Shown: positions 48,600 through 61,962, counted from the stretch's first letter. The stretch is 64,000 nucleotides of DNA from Pristiophorus japonicus (GCF_044704955.1 NC_091977.1:321160001-321224000), one strand, 5' to 3'. Program-made: numbers and translations. The notes: generated by a model from the letters alone, not told the origin.

Positions 48600-49005
48600 G
48601 ATCATACAGCACAGAAGGAGGCCATTCCCTGTGCCTGTGCCAGCTCTTTGATAGAGCTATCCAATTCATCCCACTCCCTTGCTCTATCCACAGAGCTCAG
48701 CTGATTTTTCCCCTTCAAGTATTTTTCCAATTCTTTTTTGAAAGTTACCATTGAACCTGCTTCCTCCACCCTTTTAGGCAGTGAATTCAAGATCATAACT
48801 CGCAGTGTAAAAAAAAAATTCTCCTATCTCGCCTCTGGTTCTTTTGCCAATTACCTTAAATCTGTGTCCTCTGATTACCGACCTTTCTGCCACTGGAAAC
48901 AGTTTCCTTATTTGCTCCAACAAAACCCTTCATGATTTTGAACACCTCTATTAAATCTTCCCATCAGCCTTCTCTGCTCTAAAGGAGACAACCCCAGGTT
49001 CTTTA
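48600..49005 (-). mobile_element. CR1-type 3' end fragment
   Basis: NSLPKRVEEAGSMVTFKKELEKYL; tail at about 48602. Confidence 0.75.
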
Positions 49006-49509
49006 AGTCAATAGAAAGGGGCTGAGAGCTGCATGTTGTTGTGGTGAACTAGTTTCAGCTACTATGGAGGAAAAAAAGGCTTTCTTGAGGAGGCCTGATG
49101 CTCTTGGCTTCTTTTACAATCATGAACCCGGCAAGATTTTCCCTTGTCATACCTATCTGAAGTTTCCATGAATAGCAAGTACTCCAACAAACAACACCAT
49201 GTCAAGATTCTACAAGAACTGTTCAGTTTTTCCTTGGAAAGAGACCAAATAGAACTTGTAAAAACATTAATATATTTGCACTGACCTGCATAAAATGAAC
49301 AGTGAACAGAGCAATGACTTAAATGAGGAAAACTGTTAACTGATAAGAGTTGTCCATTCTGAACCAGGGTTGGTGCGGCATGCATTAAGCTGTGTGCCTA
49401 TTGCATAGTAATATTTAAAATGTAAACAGCTGTTTGTTGTAAGTATTATTGATAATCCATTGAAACTGAATATTTTACAGTAACAGTTGCTGAGTACAGA
49501 ACAACAAAA

Positions 49510-49667
49510 AGTTGTTGAGTGTGGGATTGATATTTTGTTGGGCAAGGTTATTCGGGTTATGGAGCCAAGGCGGGTAGATAGATTTAAGATACAGGCCAGC
49601 TATGAGCTCAGTGAGTGGCAGAACAGGGTCGAGTGGTTGAATGGCCTACTCCTGTTCCTATGTTCCC
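49510..49667 (+). mobile_element. CR1 3' tail
   Basis: gaatggcctactcctgttcctatgttcc. Confidence 0.65.
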
Positions 49668-50124
49668 AATATATCGCTTCTTTACTCCTTCTAATGCTAT
49701 CTATCTTTAACCTTGTCAATTTAAGAAGCCCTGAGGAAGGCAGGATTTGTGCAAACTACAGATGGAGGCATGTTACAGAAACTAAGCTTCGCTTCACTGA
49801 GGAATTAAAGAGCACGATGTGAAGTCTATGACTGCCAACCAGTCTAGCGCTCTGATGTATAGCCATTTATAGATTATTTCATACCACTGAAAAAGAGAGC
49901 TAGGGTGGTGGGACAGTCATAAAATCATTAACAGAGCTGCAATCCTGTTGAGCTTTGCACATTATTGCCTCTGCAAATGAGGTTCTGAGAACAATTCAAC
50001 CAAGACTCACTGGGGGAGCCAACGGCTGAAAGAGTACCAAGGCGCCGACTGTGGCACATTTCTTCCGACAGAACAGCCAGGTTGTCAATAGGGGCGATAC
50101 CAATTACATTAAATTATTATTATT

Positions 50125-50972
50125 AGCACTAAAGGCAAAGTAAAGTTATGATCAACTTGTATCGAACCTTGGTTGTACCACACTTGGGAGTAACTGTGCA
50201 CAGTTCTGGTCTCCATATACCATTGAAAGGCCACGTTAGTGAATTGAAGAGGACTTACTGTGATTGAAAGGCTGCATTAAAGGGAGCAGTGTGTGGCGCC
50301 CAGCATGGTCCCGGCCTGCAAGACCATCAGCAGGCCGGGGCCATCAGAGGGAGCAGCGTGCGGCGGCCTACCACTGCAGGAGGGCGAGGGCTGCGGTCAG
50401 GTCGCTGATTGCAGTGTGAGCAGGTACAGCAGGAGGGGCGAAGGAGCAGCAAGAGTTTGTAGAGTGAAGTGACCAGGGCCCAGGAGAGGCGTAAGTCTGA
50501 GGCCCAGTAGAGGCGAGGGTCCAGAGGCAGCACAAGCCGGCCCACACTGCTATATGTGTGCGCGCTCGGTCCGTGCAGCAGAGCTGGTCTCCAGTCGTCT
50601 TGGTTAACCCTTGCCACTGGACCAAGATCTAGTTCTGTCAAGCCCGTGTGATGGCTGGTGTGCAACGGCCACCACACGCGAGACCCCAAAATTAGGGGAC
50701 ATAAATTTAAAATGGTCACTAATAAATCCAACAGGTAATTCAAGAGAAACTTCTTTACCCAGAAAGTGGTTAAAATTCACTACCGCAGGGAGTACTTGAG
50801 GCAAATAGCATTGATGCATTCAAGAGGAAGCCAGGTAAGTACAGGAGGGAGAAAGGAATAAAAGATTATAGGGTTAGATAACGACGGGTGGGAGGAGACT
50901 CATGTGAAGCATAAATACCGTCAGGGACCTGCTGGGCTGAATGGCCTGTTTCTGTGCTGTACATTCCATGTA
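50125..50972 (+). mobile_element. Decayed CR1 3' fragment split by a GC-rich insert (about 50220-50680)
   Basis: LYRTLVVPHL..VQFWSP at 50150-50218; RNFFTQKVV and tail at 50680-50972. Confidence 0.7.
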
Positions 50973-51119
50973 AAAAAGGAGCACATTGTAATGATGGATG
51001 CTGCCTGCCGCATAGAAAGACAGACAGACAGACAGACAGACAGAGGACACCAGTAGAGAGCCAATTTATACGATACTTATCCAAAAGGCAAACATGGCTC
51101 AGTAACTCATGAACAAGTT

Positions 51120-51470
51120 CCTCCCTACCTCTGTAACCGCCTCCAGAGCTACAACCCTCCAAGATCTCTGCATTTTTCCAATTCTGGCTTCTTGTGCATC
51201 CCCGATTTCCATCGCTCTCCCATTGGCGACTTCAGCTGCCTCGGCTCTCAGCTCCGGAATTCCCTCCCTGAACCTCTCTACCTCATTCTTTTCCTTTAAT
51301 ACACTCCTTAAAACCTACCTCATTGACCAAGCTTTAGATCACCTGTCCTAATATCTCCTTTTGTGGCTCGGTGTCAAATTTTTGACTGATAATCATTCCT
51401 ATGAAGAGCCTCGAGACGTTTTACTAGGTTAAAGGCTCTATATAAATGCAAGTTGTGTCGTTGTGTTGTG
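51120..51470 (+). mobile_element. L2 LINE 3' end
   Basis: Same 3' consensus as the 10465 and 29110 copies. Confidence 0.82.
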
Positions 51471-51571
51471 CGTCTGCACAGGAAAAGGTGGATCCTTAGG
51501 GTTTCAGTATTTTTATTCTATCCAGCTGTTTTTAATTTTGTTGAGGACTTGAATCTCTGGAATCTGTTTGT

Positions 51572-51885
51572 AAACCCAGGCCCTATCTGCCCTCTCAGGT
51601 GAATGTGAAAGATCCAATGGTGCTATTTCTAAGAGGAGCAGGGAAGTTATTCCCCGGTGCCCTGGACCAATATTTATCCCTCAACCAACATAATTTAAAC
51701 AGATTATCTGATCATTTAATCTCATTGCTGTTTTTGGGACCTTGTTGTGTGCAAATTGGCTGCTGCATTTCCTACATTACAACAGTGACTACACTTCAAA
51801 AGGACTTAATTGGCTGTAAAGCGCTTTGAGACGTCCTAAGGTTGTGAAAGTTGCGATATAAATGCATGGTTTTTTCTTTCTTCTT
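51572..51885 (+). mobile_element. Deu-domain SINE fragment
   Basis: aaacccaggccctatctgccctctcaggtg..aaagatccaatgg..; reverse complement of the 40368 copy. Confidence 0.78.
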
Positions 51886-52212
51886 TCTCAATCTATTAAA
51901 CCGTGGCAAATAAGAACATATTGCTGAGCAGTAGATAATCTATATATCAGACTTCCTTGGGGAAAAGAAAGACTTTAAAATGGCCTAAAAACTTCAGAGA
52001 ACTTTAAAAAACAAACATGTAACTATATGTGACAATCATTTCTTCCTTGCAGTAATGAGGACAGAAGGGAGAATAGAATGTGACTGAGGCGGAATCTTAC
52101 AGAAGCAGCTAAGCAAGTCCTTGAATGAAAAGCAAGGCACGCACCTTTCTGATATTTCTGGTGGCCTTACCATTATGTCTCCACCTAAAAACTCGAAAAT
52201 AAGGGGCAAATA

Positions 52213-52500
52213 AGATCTCCGTGCTCCTCCAATTCTGGCCTCTTGAGCATCCCCGATTTCCATCGCTCCACCATTGGTGGCCGTGCCTTCAGCTGCCGAG
52301 GCTCTAAGCTCTGGAACTCCCTCCCTAAAACTCTCTGCCACTCTACTCCTTTAAGATGCTCCTTAAAACCTACTTCTTTGACTATGTTTTTGACCTGTGT
52401 TTTCTTGTGTGGCTCTTTATTTGATATAATAATGCTTCTGGGAAGTGCCCAAGGATGTTTTACGACCTTACAGGTGCTATATAAATGCAACTTGCTGTTG
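52213..52500 (+). mobile_element. L2 LINE 3' end
   Basis: GGRAFSCRGSKLWNSLP; tatataaatgcaacttgctgttg tail. Confidence 0.82.
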
Positions 52501-53152
52501 AGTTATGATGATCTGGAATGCGCTGCCTGAAAGGACGCTGAAAGCAGATTGAATAGTAACTTTCAAAAGGGAATTGGATATGTACTTGGAAAGAAAAAAT
52601 GTGCAGGGCTATGGGGAAAAAGCAGGCGAGTGGGATTAATAAGTATGAGTTTATTTGGAGGTTCATGGCTGTACATGTATTAAAATAACTTTCCACAATT
52701 TTGGCCATTTGTCCCTTGTTTTTAAAACTTGCTGGGATATAAATAAATATCCTCATTTACCATCTCTGTTTTAATAATTAATAACAAAAATGCTTGCATT
52801 TACGTAGTAGCTCATCGCATCAGTATGTCTCATAGGACTGTACGCCATGAATTACTTTTGAAGGACATTGATAGTCATTCTGCACCACTAATGTTACAGT
52901 GATGATCAACTGATCCATTAATCTGTCATTTTAGTGGTATTGGTTTACAGAGGTAAAGGTAATTGCACAGTAACCAAAAAAAAAAATCCAACATGCCAGG
53001 CCAATGTTGCAAAAGCAGGTCACCTGCACACCCTCTCAGAATCTGATTTGTAGGATAACCTGGCAGCGTGGGGCAGACAGAAAAAAATATTAAGATGAAC
53101 CTTTATAATTTAAAGTTTCATGATGATTAATCTGGATGAGAGTGACCATTCA

Positions 53153-54632
53153 GTTTGCTTTTCCACAGCTACAACACTGGCATCTACACAACAATGTGGA
53201 AAACTGCCCAGGTATGTCCTGTCCACAAAATGCAGGACAAATCCAATCCGGCCAATTACTGCCCAGTCAGTCTACTCTCAATCATCAGCAAAGTGATGGA
53301 AGGTGTCGTTGACAGTGCTATTAAGTGGCACTTACTCACCAATAACCTGCTCACTGATGCTCAGTTTGGGTTCCGCCAGGATCACTTGGCTCCAGACCTC
53401 ATTCCAGCCTTGGTCCAAACATGGACAAAAGAGCTAAATTCCAGAGGCGAGGTGAGAGTGACAGCCCTTGACGTCAAGGCAGCATTTGACATCGAGTGTA
53501 GCATCAAGGAGTCCTAGAAACACTGAAGTCATTGGGAATCAGAGGGAAAACTCTCCACTGGCTTGAGTCCTACCTAGCACAAAGGAAGATGGTTGTGGTG
53601 GTTAGATGTCAATCATCACAGCCCCAGGACATCGCTGCAGGAGTTCCTCAGGGCAGTGTCCTAAGCCCAACCATCATCAACTGTTTCATCAATGACCTTC
53701 CCTCCATCGTAAGATCAGAAGTGGGGTGTTCGCTGATGACTGCATAGTGTTCAGTGCCATTTGCAACTCCTCAGATAATGAAGCAGTCCATGCCTGCATG
53801 TAGCAAGACCTGGATGACGTTCAGGCTTCGGCTGATAAGTGGCAAGTCACATTCGCGCCTCACAAGTTTTAGGCAATGACTATCTCCAACAGAGAGAGAG
53901 TCTAACCACCGTCCCCTGACAATCAACGGCATTATCATCGCCGAATCCCCCACCATCAACATCCTGGGGGTCACCATTGACCAGAAATTGAATTGGGCCA
54001 GCCACATAAATACCGCGGCAACAAGAGCTGGTCAGAGGCTGGGTATCCTGCGGCGAGTGTCTAACTTCCTGACTCCCCAAAGCCTTTCCACCATCTACAA
54101 GGCACAAGTCAGGAGTGTGATAGAATACTCTCCACTTGCCTGGATAAGTGCAGCTCCAATAACACTCAAGAAGCTCGACACCATCCAGGACAAAGCAGCC
54201 CGCTTGATTGGCACCCCATCCACCACCTTAAACATTCACTCCCTCCATCACTGGCGTATCGTGGTTGCAGTGTGTACCCTACAATATGGACTACAGCTAG
54301 TAGCCAAAGCTTCTTCAGCAGCACCTCCCAAACCCGCGACCTCTACCACCTAGAAGGACAAGGGCAGCAGGCGCATGGGAACACCACCACCACCATCGTT
54401 CCCCTCCAAGTCACACACCATGCTGACTTGGAAGTATATCGCTGTTCCTTCATCGTCACTGGATCAAAATCCTGTAACTCCCTCCCTATCAGCACTGTGG
54501 GAGTACCTTCACCACACGGACTGCAGCGGTTCAAGGCGGCGGCTCACCACTTTCTCGAGGGCAATTAGGGATGTGCAATAAATGCTGGCCTTACCAGCAA
54601 CGTCCACATCCCATGAACGAATTTTTTAAAAA
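53153..54632 (+). mobile_element. L2/Crack-like (CR1-group) LINE, 5'-truncated RT
   Basis: [60 protein letters not shown]; the clade assignment is tentative. Confidence 0.88.
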
Positions 54633-55854
54633 CCCAAAGCCCCATCACAACAATGCGGCATATTTTCCTGGAAAAAACAACAGTGTGTTAACGACGCCGT
54701 CTTTATTAAGGTCAGCATTTCCCATTCGATTTTGCTGAATGAACTGTCACAATGATGTTATACGTTATGCCCACTTGGTGGCACTGTGCAGCAAGTTTCT
54801 GAAGTCTCTCACCATCTATAGATCTTAAAAATCCCTTCTGTGCATCAATTGATCACGAGCAGCTCCTTGGGCAATTTACTGGTAATACATTTAAAAGTTG
54901 TGCATGAAACACCGTGACATTATTTTCCTGTCAAGTACTGTTGATAACACCCCTTTTGTTATGAAACTGCATATCCTCCAAATCAGTGACACCCAGGAAA
55001 TGAGAAAGGGGGTGATGAAGAGATGGGGAGGTGGAGAGTGAGCAGAAGGTGGGGAGGTGGAGATTGAGGGGAAGCTGTGCTGGGGAGGGGGTAGGGGGGC
55101 GGTCAGCATTTAGAAATAAATACTGTAGTCTGTGTGTAAGCATCTATGATTCCAGGTCTGACACTTAAAAAAAATAATAATTCTGGTCCCAATCAGATAA
55201 TCAGATGAAATCATTTCTGAAGTGGAGTTTAAAATACACTAAGTAGTTTGTATTTATGGACAGCTGGTGTTAACATAGACAGCATCTCTTTCTCCCGGTC
55301 ATACATCGAGCAGTTTCCCTACGTTACAACAGTGACTGCACTTCAAAAGTACTTCATTGGTGTGAAGCCCTTTGTGACATCCCAAGGGTCATGAAAGGCA
55401 CTGTATAACTGCAAGTTCTTTCTTTTAATGCAATTTTGAAATGGAGCAACAACAAAAATACGCAAAACCATAGACTGTTTTTAAAAAAAAGGAACCCCTA
55501 AATCCATTCTGGGCAAGTTTTACAACGCATAAATATGCCAAACTTCAGGGACGTTTTAATAATTCTGATAAAAAATCTACAGCAGTTACATGTAAACTGT
55601 ATAAACAATGCCATTATCTATCAGAAAGGAAAGCTACCCGGACAGGAACAAGAATGCACTGTGTGTGCAATGAACAAGGCCAGTATCACAGAATAAGCCA
55701 CACTTAACTGGAAGTGACTTAAAATCCCAGCAGACAATGTTACATCCACCAGCCTACATTTGTTAAGTCTACATGAGAATTTAAGATGCAACAGACTCAG
55801 TAACAGCTGTACAGCTCACCAAACACTAGGCATGCTTACAATTATGGTGCATGC

Positions 55855-55868
55855 CTGACACCTAGTGG
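55855..55868 (-). promoter_or_regulatory. Candidate CTCF site
   Basis: Minus strand (TGG)CCACTAGGTGTCAG, 13/14 match to CCASYAGRKGGCRS, in non-repeat DNA. Motif only. Confidence 0.45.
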
Positions 55869-56487
55869 CCACTAATTAGATTTAAAGTGGCAGACAGCCA
55901 ACCCACATTTCAAAATAAATAGAACACAAAGCCATGGCTGGGCTTTCTATTTTTTTTGTAAGCCTGTCATTTTTATTGAAGGACCTGGAAGCGGAATTCA
56001 TTTTCATCTGTCTGTTGGTTCCATGCTGCAAGTGCAATAGTGCAATTCAAGTAAAATAAGCTATTGTCCCCGACAGTACAAAGTGAGCTCGTACATCCTC
56101 AAGTTCACTTTCTCTTTGTTAGAGTACTTCTAGAAGCCAGCATGAGCCAAAACGCAATTAGAAGCGAACAAAGAAAAGCTGATCTTAATAAGACAGATTT
56201 GAGTACCTTCCTTGATGCCTACTAAGTTGTGCCCATTCCAGCTGTTCCCGTGACAGCTAATGCCCTTGTACCCTGCCCGCTACCCCCCACCCCCACACAC
56301 ACACACACACCCCACCAGCTTGACTGCATTATTTCTACCGAAAACTGTCAAGTACTAAACAAAAAAAAAATGCTGTTTTCACACAAGAAATAGGAGAGAC
56401 TTGCACAAGATTATTGAACAGGTCAGTTGATATTTCATAGTTATCGTGGACATTTAGTTCATCTTCTGGACTCAAAAATGGAACAGC

Positions 56488-56676
56488 TGAGGTGAAAAGC
56501 ATAGATGCATTTAAGGAGAAGCTGGATAAAGACATGAAGGAGAAAGGAATAGAGGGATATGCTGATAAGGTAAACTGAAGAGGGGTGGGAGGAGGCTGGT
56601 ATGGAGGATAAACACCGGCATGGATCTATTGGGCCGAGTGGCCCATTTCTGTGCTATAAATACTTTGTGATTCTAT
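56488..56676 (+). mobile_element. CR1-type 3' end fragment
   Basis: DAFKEKLDK; ggcccatttctgtgcta tail. Confidence 0.7.
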
Positions 56677-56904
56677 AAAATTCCATTTCTTGCTGTGACC
56701 TGTCCTACATACCCACACAATTATTAGATTCACAGATTTATTATTCCAATACTTATTCTAACTTCTATTGTTTTTATTCCAAGACTCAATTCAGATGTAC
56801 TCAAATAAAAAGTTCAGAAAACCATAGGCTAATCCAAACTGGAGTATCAAGAAAGTCTAGAATGAAACTCAATTTCTTAGTAAAAGGTCCGTTTTTAAAA
56901 AAAA

Positions 56905-57275
56905 ATTCGGATGTGGGCATCACTGATAAGGCCGACATGTATTGCCCATCCCTGGCTGACAGTTTTGATATAGTTGAGTGGCTGGCTAGGAGATGCAAGA
57001 GTCAACCATGTTGTTGTGGGACTAGAGTCACAGTCAGATCGGGTAAAAATGGCAGGTTCCTTTTTGTGAAGGACACTGATGAGCCAGTTGAGTTTTTACG
57101 ACAATCTAACAGCTTCAAAGTCACTTTTGCAGATATCAGCTTTTTATTTCCAGGTTGTTTTTTTATATAAACTGATTTCAAATTCTCAAACTGCCATGGT
57201 GGGATTTGATCTCTGGATCATTAACCCAGGCCTCTGGATTACTAGCCCAGTAACATAACCACAATGTTACCGTGC
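56905..57275 (-). mobile_element. tRNA-derived SINE with a tail from the 53153-type LINE
   Basis: Minus-strand head gtggttatgttactgggctagtaatccagagg..atcaaatcccacc (decayed A and B boxes); tail agggatgggcaatacatgtcggcctt. Confidence 0.6.
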
Positions 57276-58896
57276 CTGCAGTGAATCAGCACACAAGTTG
57301 AGATTTTAATACATTAACCAACCCAAAAATTCATCATCCAAAGAAACTTTGATGGATTATCCAAAAATGCCTGACTTGAGCATAGATTCTCACAACACAA
57401 CTGTGGTTGGCATGAATCCAAAGGCTGGTAAGTACCACTTTTAGGGCTGGATTTTGCCGGCGCCAGAGGGCGGTTTCGGAGCCGCGCCGGCTGTCATAAT
57501 TGACAACGGGGTGGTATCCCGCTCTGAACCCACCTCCGTGTAAGTTTCCCAAGTGCCGGGTCTGCCTGCGCTTTACAGACCCGCCACTAAGCAGCGGGTG
57601 AGCCAATTGAAATAGTTAAGGTGGTGTTTAAAGGTAGTTGAACAGCATTTTACCACCCATCTATTAACCATTTTTCCAACTTTTTCACGAGGTTCACGTC
57701 GCTCAGAAATCACGTGCGGTAAGTAGGTCGGGTTTTCAACAACTCTCCATTACTTTGAATAGGTGACAGCTGCAAAAGTGGTATAGAAGCTACCATTTCA
57801 CAGCTGTTCACTTTCCAATCTTAGAAGCTGGAGGATTTGGAAGAAACTTTTCAGCTTTAGGAAGGTTGGAAGTGTTTGGAATAAACTCTCAATCCAGTGT
57901 CACCCCTCTGGAGCAAGTCTCTCACCATTGACAGATCGCTTCTGTCATCTCAACTTCAGCTGCCATCTATTCCAGCAGCATTGGTGTCCTTGAAAAAAAT
58001 CTCACCTTGGTCCTCAGAATCCCACTACGATCAGCCCCAACACCAACATCACCAGGCACACCGGCATCACCAACACCACCAAATTTCTCCACAATCATCT
58101 GATGCTGAACAGGACATCAGCATCTGTCCACATTGCTGCCCAGGAGGCCAGATTTACTTCAGTTGACGCTGTACAACCTAGGTACCACATGATGTGCCAG
58201 GTTGGCACCACACCAGAACCATAAAGCATCTCTGCAATGCCCAACCCATTCCTTTCACATTCATCACCATTGCAGGGGGGTACCCTTATGTCTCCCCATT
58301 CACTACAACTCACTAAGCCACTTCCAAAGATGCACACAAATCTGTCCAAGAAAGCAAAGTGTTCAAAATAAGGATTTCAATGTTTGACAACACATTAGCA
58401 GAAACTCTATATTAACATTGGCTAAAAGACCCAAGTGCCTACCCTGGTGTGTTGTTAGTGTGATTGGGCAAGGATGAGGGAGAGTGTGAAGGGTGGCTAG
58501 TGAGATGGGGATGTGATCATGTAGATAAGGGATGGGTGGAGGTGCAAGGTAAGTTGGTGTGAGGAAGGATGTGTAGGAGTAGAGTAGGGAAGACAGAGTG
58601 ATGGGGATGTTATGTGTAGCACAGCAGGATGAGGTCGAGTGTGGCTTTGCAGTAACATTTCGTGATCTACTGAGATCATTGAAAGGTTTGCGCCACTGCA
58701 GCCTGGTCCTCCTGATGACATCACTGTTTGTGCCCTCCTGAACAATGTGTCCTGGGGAGATCTCTTCCACCCATTGGAAAGGAAGCGAAGCTCCCTGCGT
58801 ACTCTGACTCCCTCCATAAGCATATGGAGGGAGACATGGGACAGCCTGGGTGCAACCGTGCACCTCTGTGCAGTGCTGGTCAATGTTTGCAGCACC

Positions 58897-60920
58897 TTTT
58901 TTTAAAAAATTCATTCCGGGATGTGTGCATCGCTGGCAAGGCCAGCATTTATTGCCCATCCCTAATTGCCCTCGAGAAGATGGTGGTGAACAGTCTTCTT
59001 GAACTGCTGCTCCATGTGGTGAAGATACACCCACAATGCTGTTAAGGAGGGAGTTCCAGGATTTTGACCCAGCGACGATGAAGGAATGGTGATATAATTT
59101 GAAGTCAGGGTGGTGTGTGACTTGGAGAGGAACTTGGAGGTGGTGGTGTTCCCATGCACCTGCTGCCCTTGTCCTTCTAGGTGGTAGAGGTCGTGGGTCT
59201 GGGAGGTGCTGCCAAAGAAGCCTTGGCAAGTTGCTGCACTACACTCCTGACTTGTGCCTTGTAGATGGTGGAAAGACTTTGGGGAATCAGGAGGTGAGAC
59301 ACTCACTGCAGGATACCCAGCCTCTGACCTGCTCTTGTAGCCACAGTATTTATGTGGCTGGTCAATGGTGACCCGCAGGATGTTGATGGTGGGGATTCGG
59401 CGATGGTAATGCCATTAACTATCATGGGGAGGTGGTTAGACTCTCACTTGTTGGAGTGGTCATTGTTTGGCACTTGTGTGGCACAAAGGTTACATAGAAA
59501 CATAGAAAATAGGTGCAAGAGTAGGCCATTCGGCCCTTTGAGCCTGCACCACCATTCAATATGATCATGGCTGATCATGCAACCTCAGTACCCCACCCCT
59601 GTCTTCTCTCCATACCCCCTTGATCCCTTTAGCCGTAAGGGCCTCATCTAACTCCCTTTTGAATATGACAAATGAACTGGACTAAACAACTTTCTGTGGC
59701 AGAGAATTCCACAGGTTCACAACTCTCTGGGTGAAAAAGTTTCTCCTTATCTCGGTCCTATATGGCTTACCCCTTATCTTTAGGTTGTGACCCCTGGTTC
59801 TGGACTTCCCCAACATCGGGAACACTCTACCTGTCCAGTCCCGTCAGAATGTTATAAGCTTCTATGAGATCTCCTCTCATTCTTCTAAATTCCAGTGAGT
59901 ATAAGCCTAGCCGATCCAGTCTTTCCTCATATGTCAGCCCTGCCATCCCAGGAATCAGTCTGGTGAACCTTCGCTGCACTCCCTCAATAGCAAGCACGTC
60001 CTTCCTCAGAGGAGACCAAAACTGCACACAATATTCCAGGTGTGGTCTCACCAAGGCCCTGTACAACTGCATTAAGTCCTCCCTGTTCCTATACTCAAAA
60101 CCCCCTCACTATGAAGGCCAACATGCCATTTGCTTTCTTTATTGCCTGCTGTACCTGCATGCCTTCCTTCAATGACTGATGTACCATGATACCCAGGTCT
60201 CTTTGCACCTTCCCTTTTATTAATCTGTCATCATTCAGATAATAACCTTCCTGTTTTTGCCACTAAAGTGGATAACCTCACATTTATCTACATTATACTG
60301 CATCTGTCATGTATTTGCCCACTCACCTAACCTGTCCAAGTCCCCCTGCAGCCTCTTAGCATCCTCCTCACAGCTCACACTGCCACCCAGCTTAGTGTCA
60401 TCTGCAAACTTGGAGATATTACCTTCAATTCCTTTGTCTAAATCATGAATGTATATTGTAAATAGCTGGGGTCCCAGCACTGAACCCTGCGGCACCCCAC
60501 TAGTCACTGTCTGCCATTCTGAAAAGGACCTGTTTATTCCCATTCTTTGCTTCCTGTCTGCCAACCAGTTCTCTATCCACGTCAATACATTACCCCCAAT
60601 ACCATGTGCCTTAATTTTACACACTAATCTCTTGTGTGGGGCCTTGTCAAAAGCCTTTTGAAAGTCCAAATACACCACATCCACTGGTTCTCCATTATCC
60701 ACTCTACTAGTTACATCCTCAAAAAACTCCAACTTGCCACTTATCACTTCAGTCCAAGCCTGAATGTCGCCCAGGTCTCCCTGCATTGGGGCATGGACTG
60801 CTTCATTTTCTGAGGAGTTCCGAATGGAACTGAACACTGTGCAATCATCAGGGTAACATCCCCACTTCTGACCTTATGATGGAGGGAAGGTCATTGATAA
60901 AGCAGCTGAAGATGGTTGAA
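58897..60920 (-). mobile_element. L2/Crack-like LINE fragment split by a CR1 (58897-59491 and 60731-60920)
   Basis: Both halves are colinear with 53153-54630; the junction gtta|cttgccacttatc is restored when the CR1 is removed. Confidence 0.8.
59492..60730 (-). mobile_element. CR1 LINE 3' fragment
   Basis: [23 protein letters not shown]..; catagaaacatagaaa tail. Confidence 0.92.
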
Positions 60921-61962
60921 AAGCACAACTGTGTAGATGAATGTGGGCACAATCCCTTTTAATGAAACCGGCTGACAATGTGTCATCAAATGACATCATC
61001 AGACCCGCTCCCTTTTAACTGGCCGGAAACCTCGCCGGGCGGGCTTAACAAGCCCAATCAAGGTAAAATCACTTGAACCAAGCGGGATGGAACTGGAAGC
61101 GGGATCTCAGTCCGCCATCTACCTTGGCCGCCTCGGTAAGCGAAATCGCAGCCTTAGAGTCAGGATTCTGCTTAGCCTTGCACATTAACTTATACTGGTC
61201 TTCTGAAAATTCAGTGGAGAAAATATTGGTACATTGATCATTTCATCCTGGATGCATTTAGCATGCTTTGTAAATATGACAGGATACAAAATATCCTGCT
61301 ACTACATCACTCTAGCACCCCAATCTACTTTTGTTTATCATATATTGGCACACGAATAGAGCAACGCAATCCCAAAATGCTCACAAATCAATGCTTTTAA
61401 TCGTGAACCAGCTCAAGGAAGGTGATAAACCAAGTCTGTAATACCAATTACCCTTTGCATAGGTCTCTAATAATCTTCAAAAAGATTTGGCTCCGTACAA
61501 CCAAGAAGATGCCAGGTTTCACCTTGATCTGTGCCAGTCAATGAATCTCAGCTAAGCAGCAGAAAATAAGCTGGAGATTCAAATTTACCACACTATTGGG
61601 GTGACTTATGATTCAAATTTGAATCAGTTTGATCATTTAAATTCTGTGCATTGAGACTTTACTAAAAAGTAATACTCTTCCCAAATATCTGTGATTCTTC
61701 AAAATACTTTCAGGGCTCTAGCCCTAACTCCACTTCAACACTCAAACCTGACTCCTTGTCACGCTCTCGGAACAAATATAGAAAGATTGAATATATTGGA
61801 ATAAAATACAGATATACATCATCACCTCAAGGGGTCCCTTGCAAAGGAGGAGAATTGAGACACCCTATTTCCAAACAAAGCTTCGACAAAGTGAACATTA
61901 GAATATGTTATGCTTGTAACTAACTACCTGTCCACTTGTTCTGGTTTACTTCCCAGGTAAAG

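Larger units (their letters stand above)
57444..61153. mobile_element. Degenerate Harbinger-type element with a Myb remnant, carrying nested LINEs
   Basis: TTA on both sides (57441-57443, 61154-61156); imperfect TIR gggctggattttgc / gcgaaatcgcagcc; Myb-like APRLSHVSLHMLMEGVRVRRE..RRTRLQWRKPFNDL at about 58660-58865 (minus). Confidence 0.65.

Noticed and set aside
58363-59229. 288-aa minus-strand ORF
   Set aside because: Chimera of an off-frame LINE 3' end and Harbinger Myb remnants.
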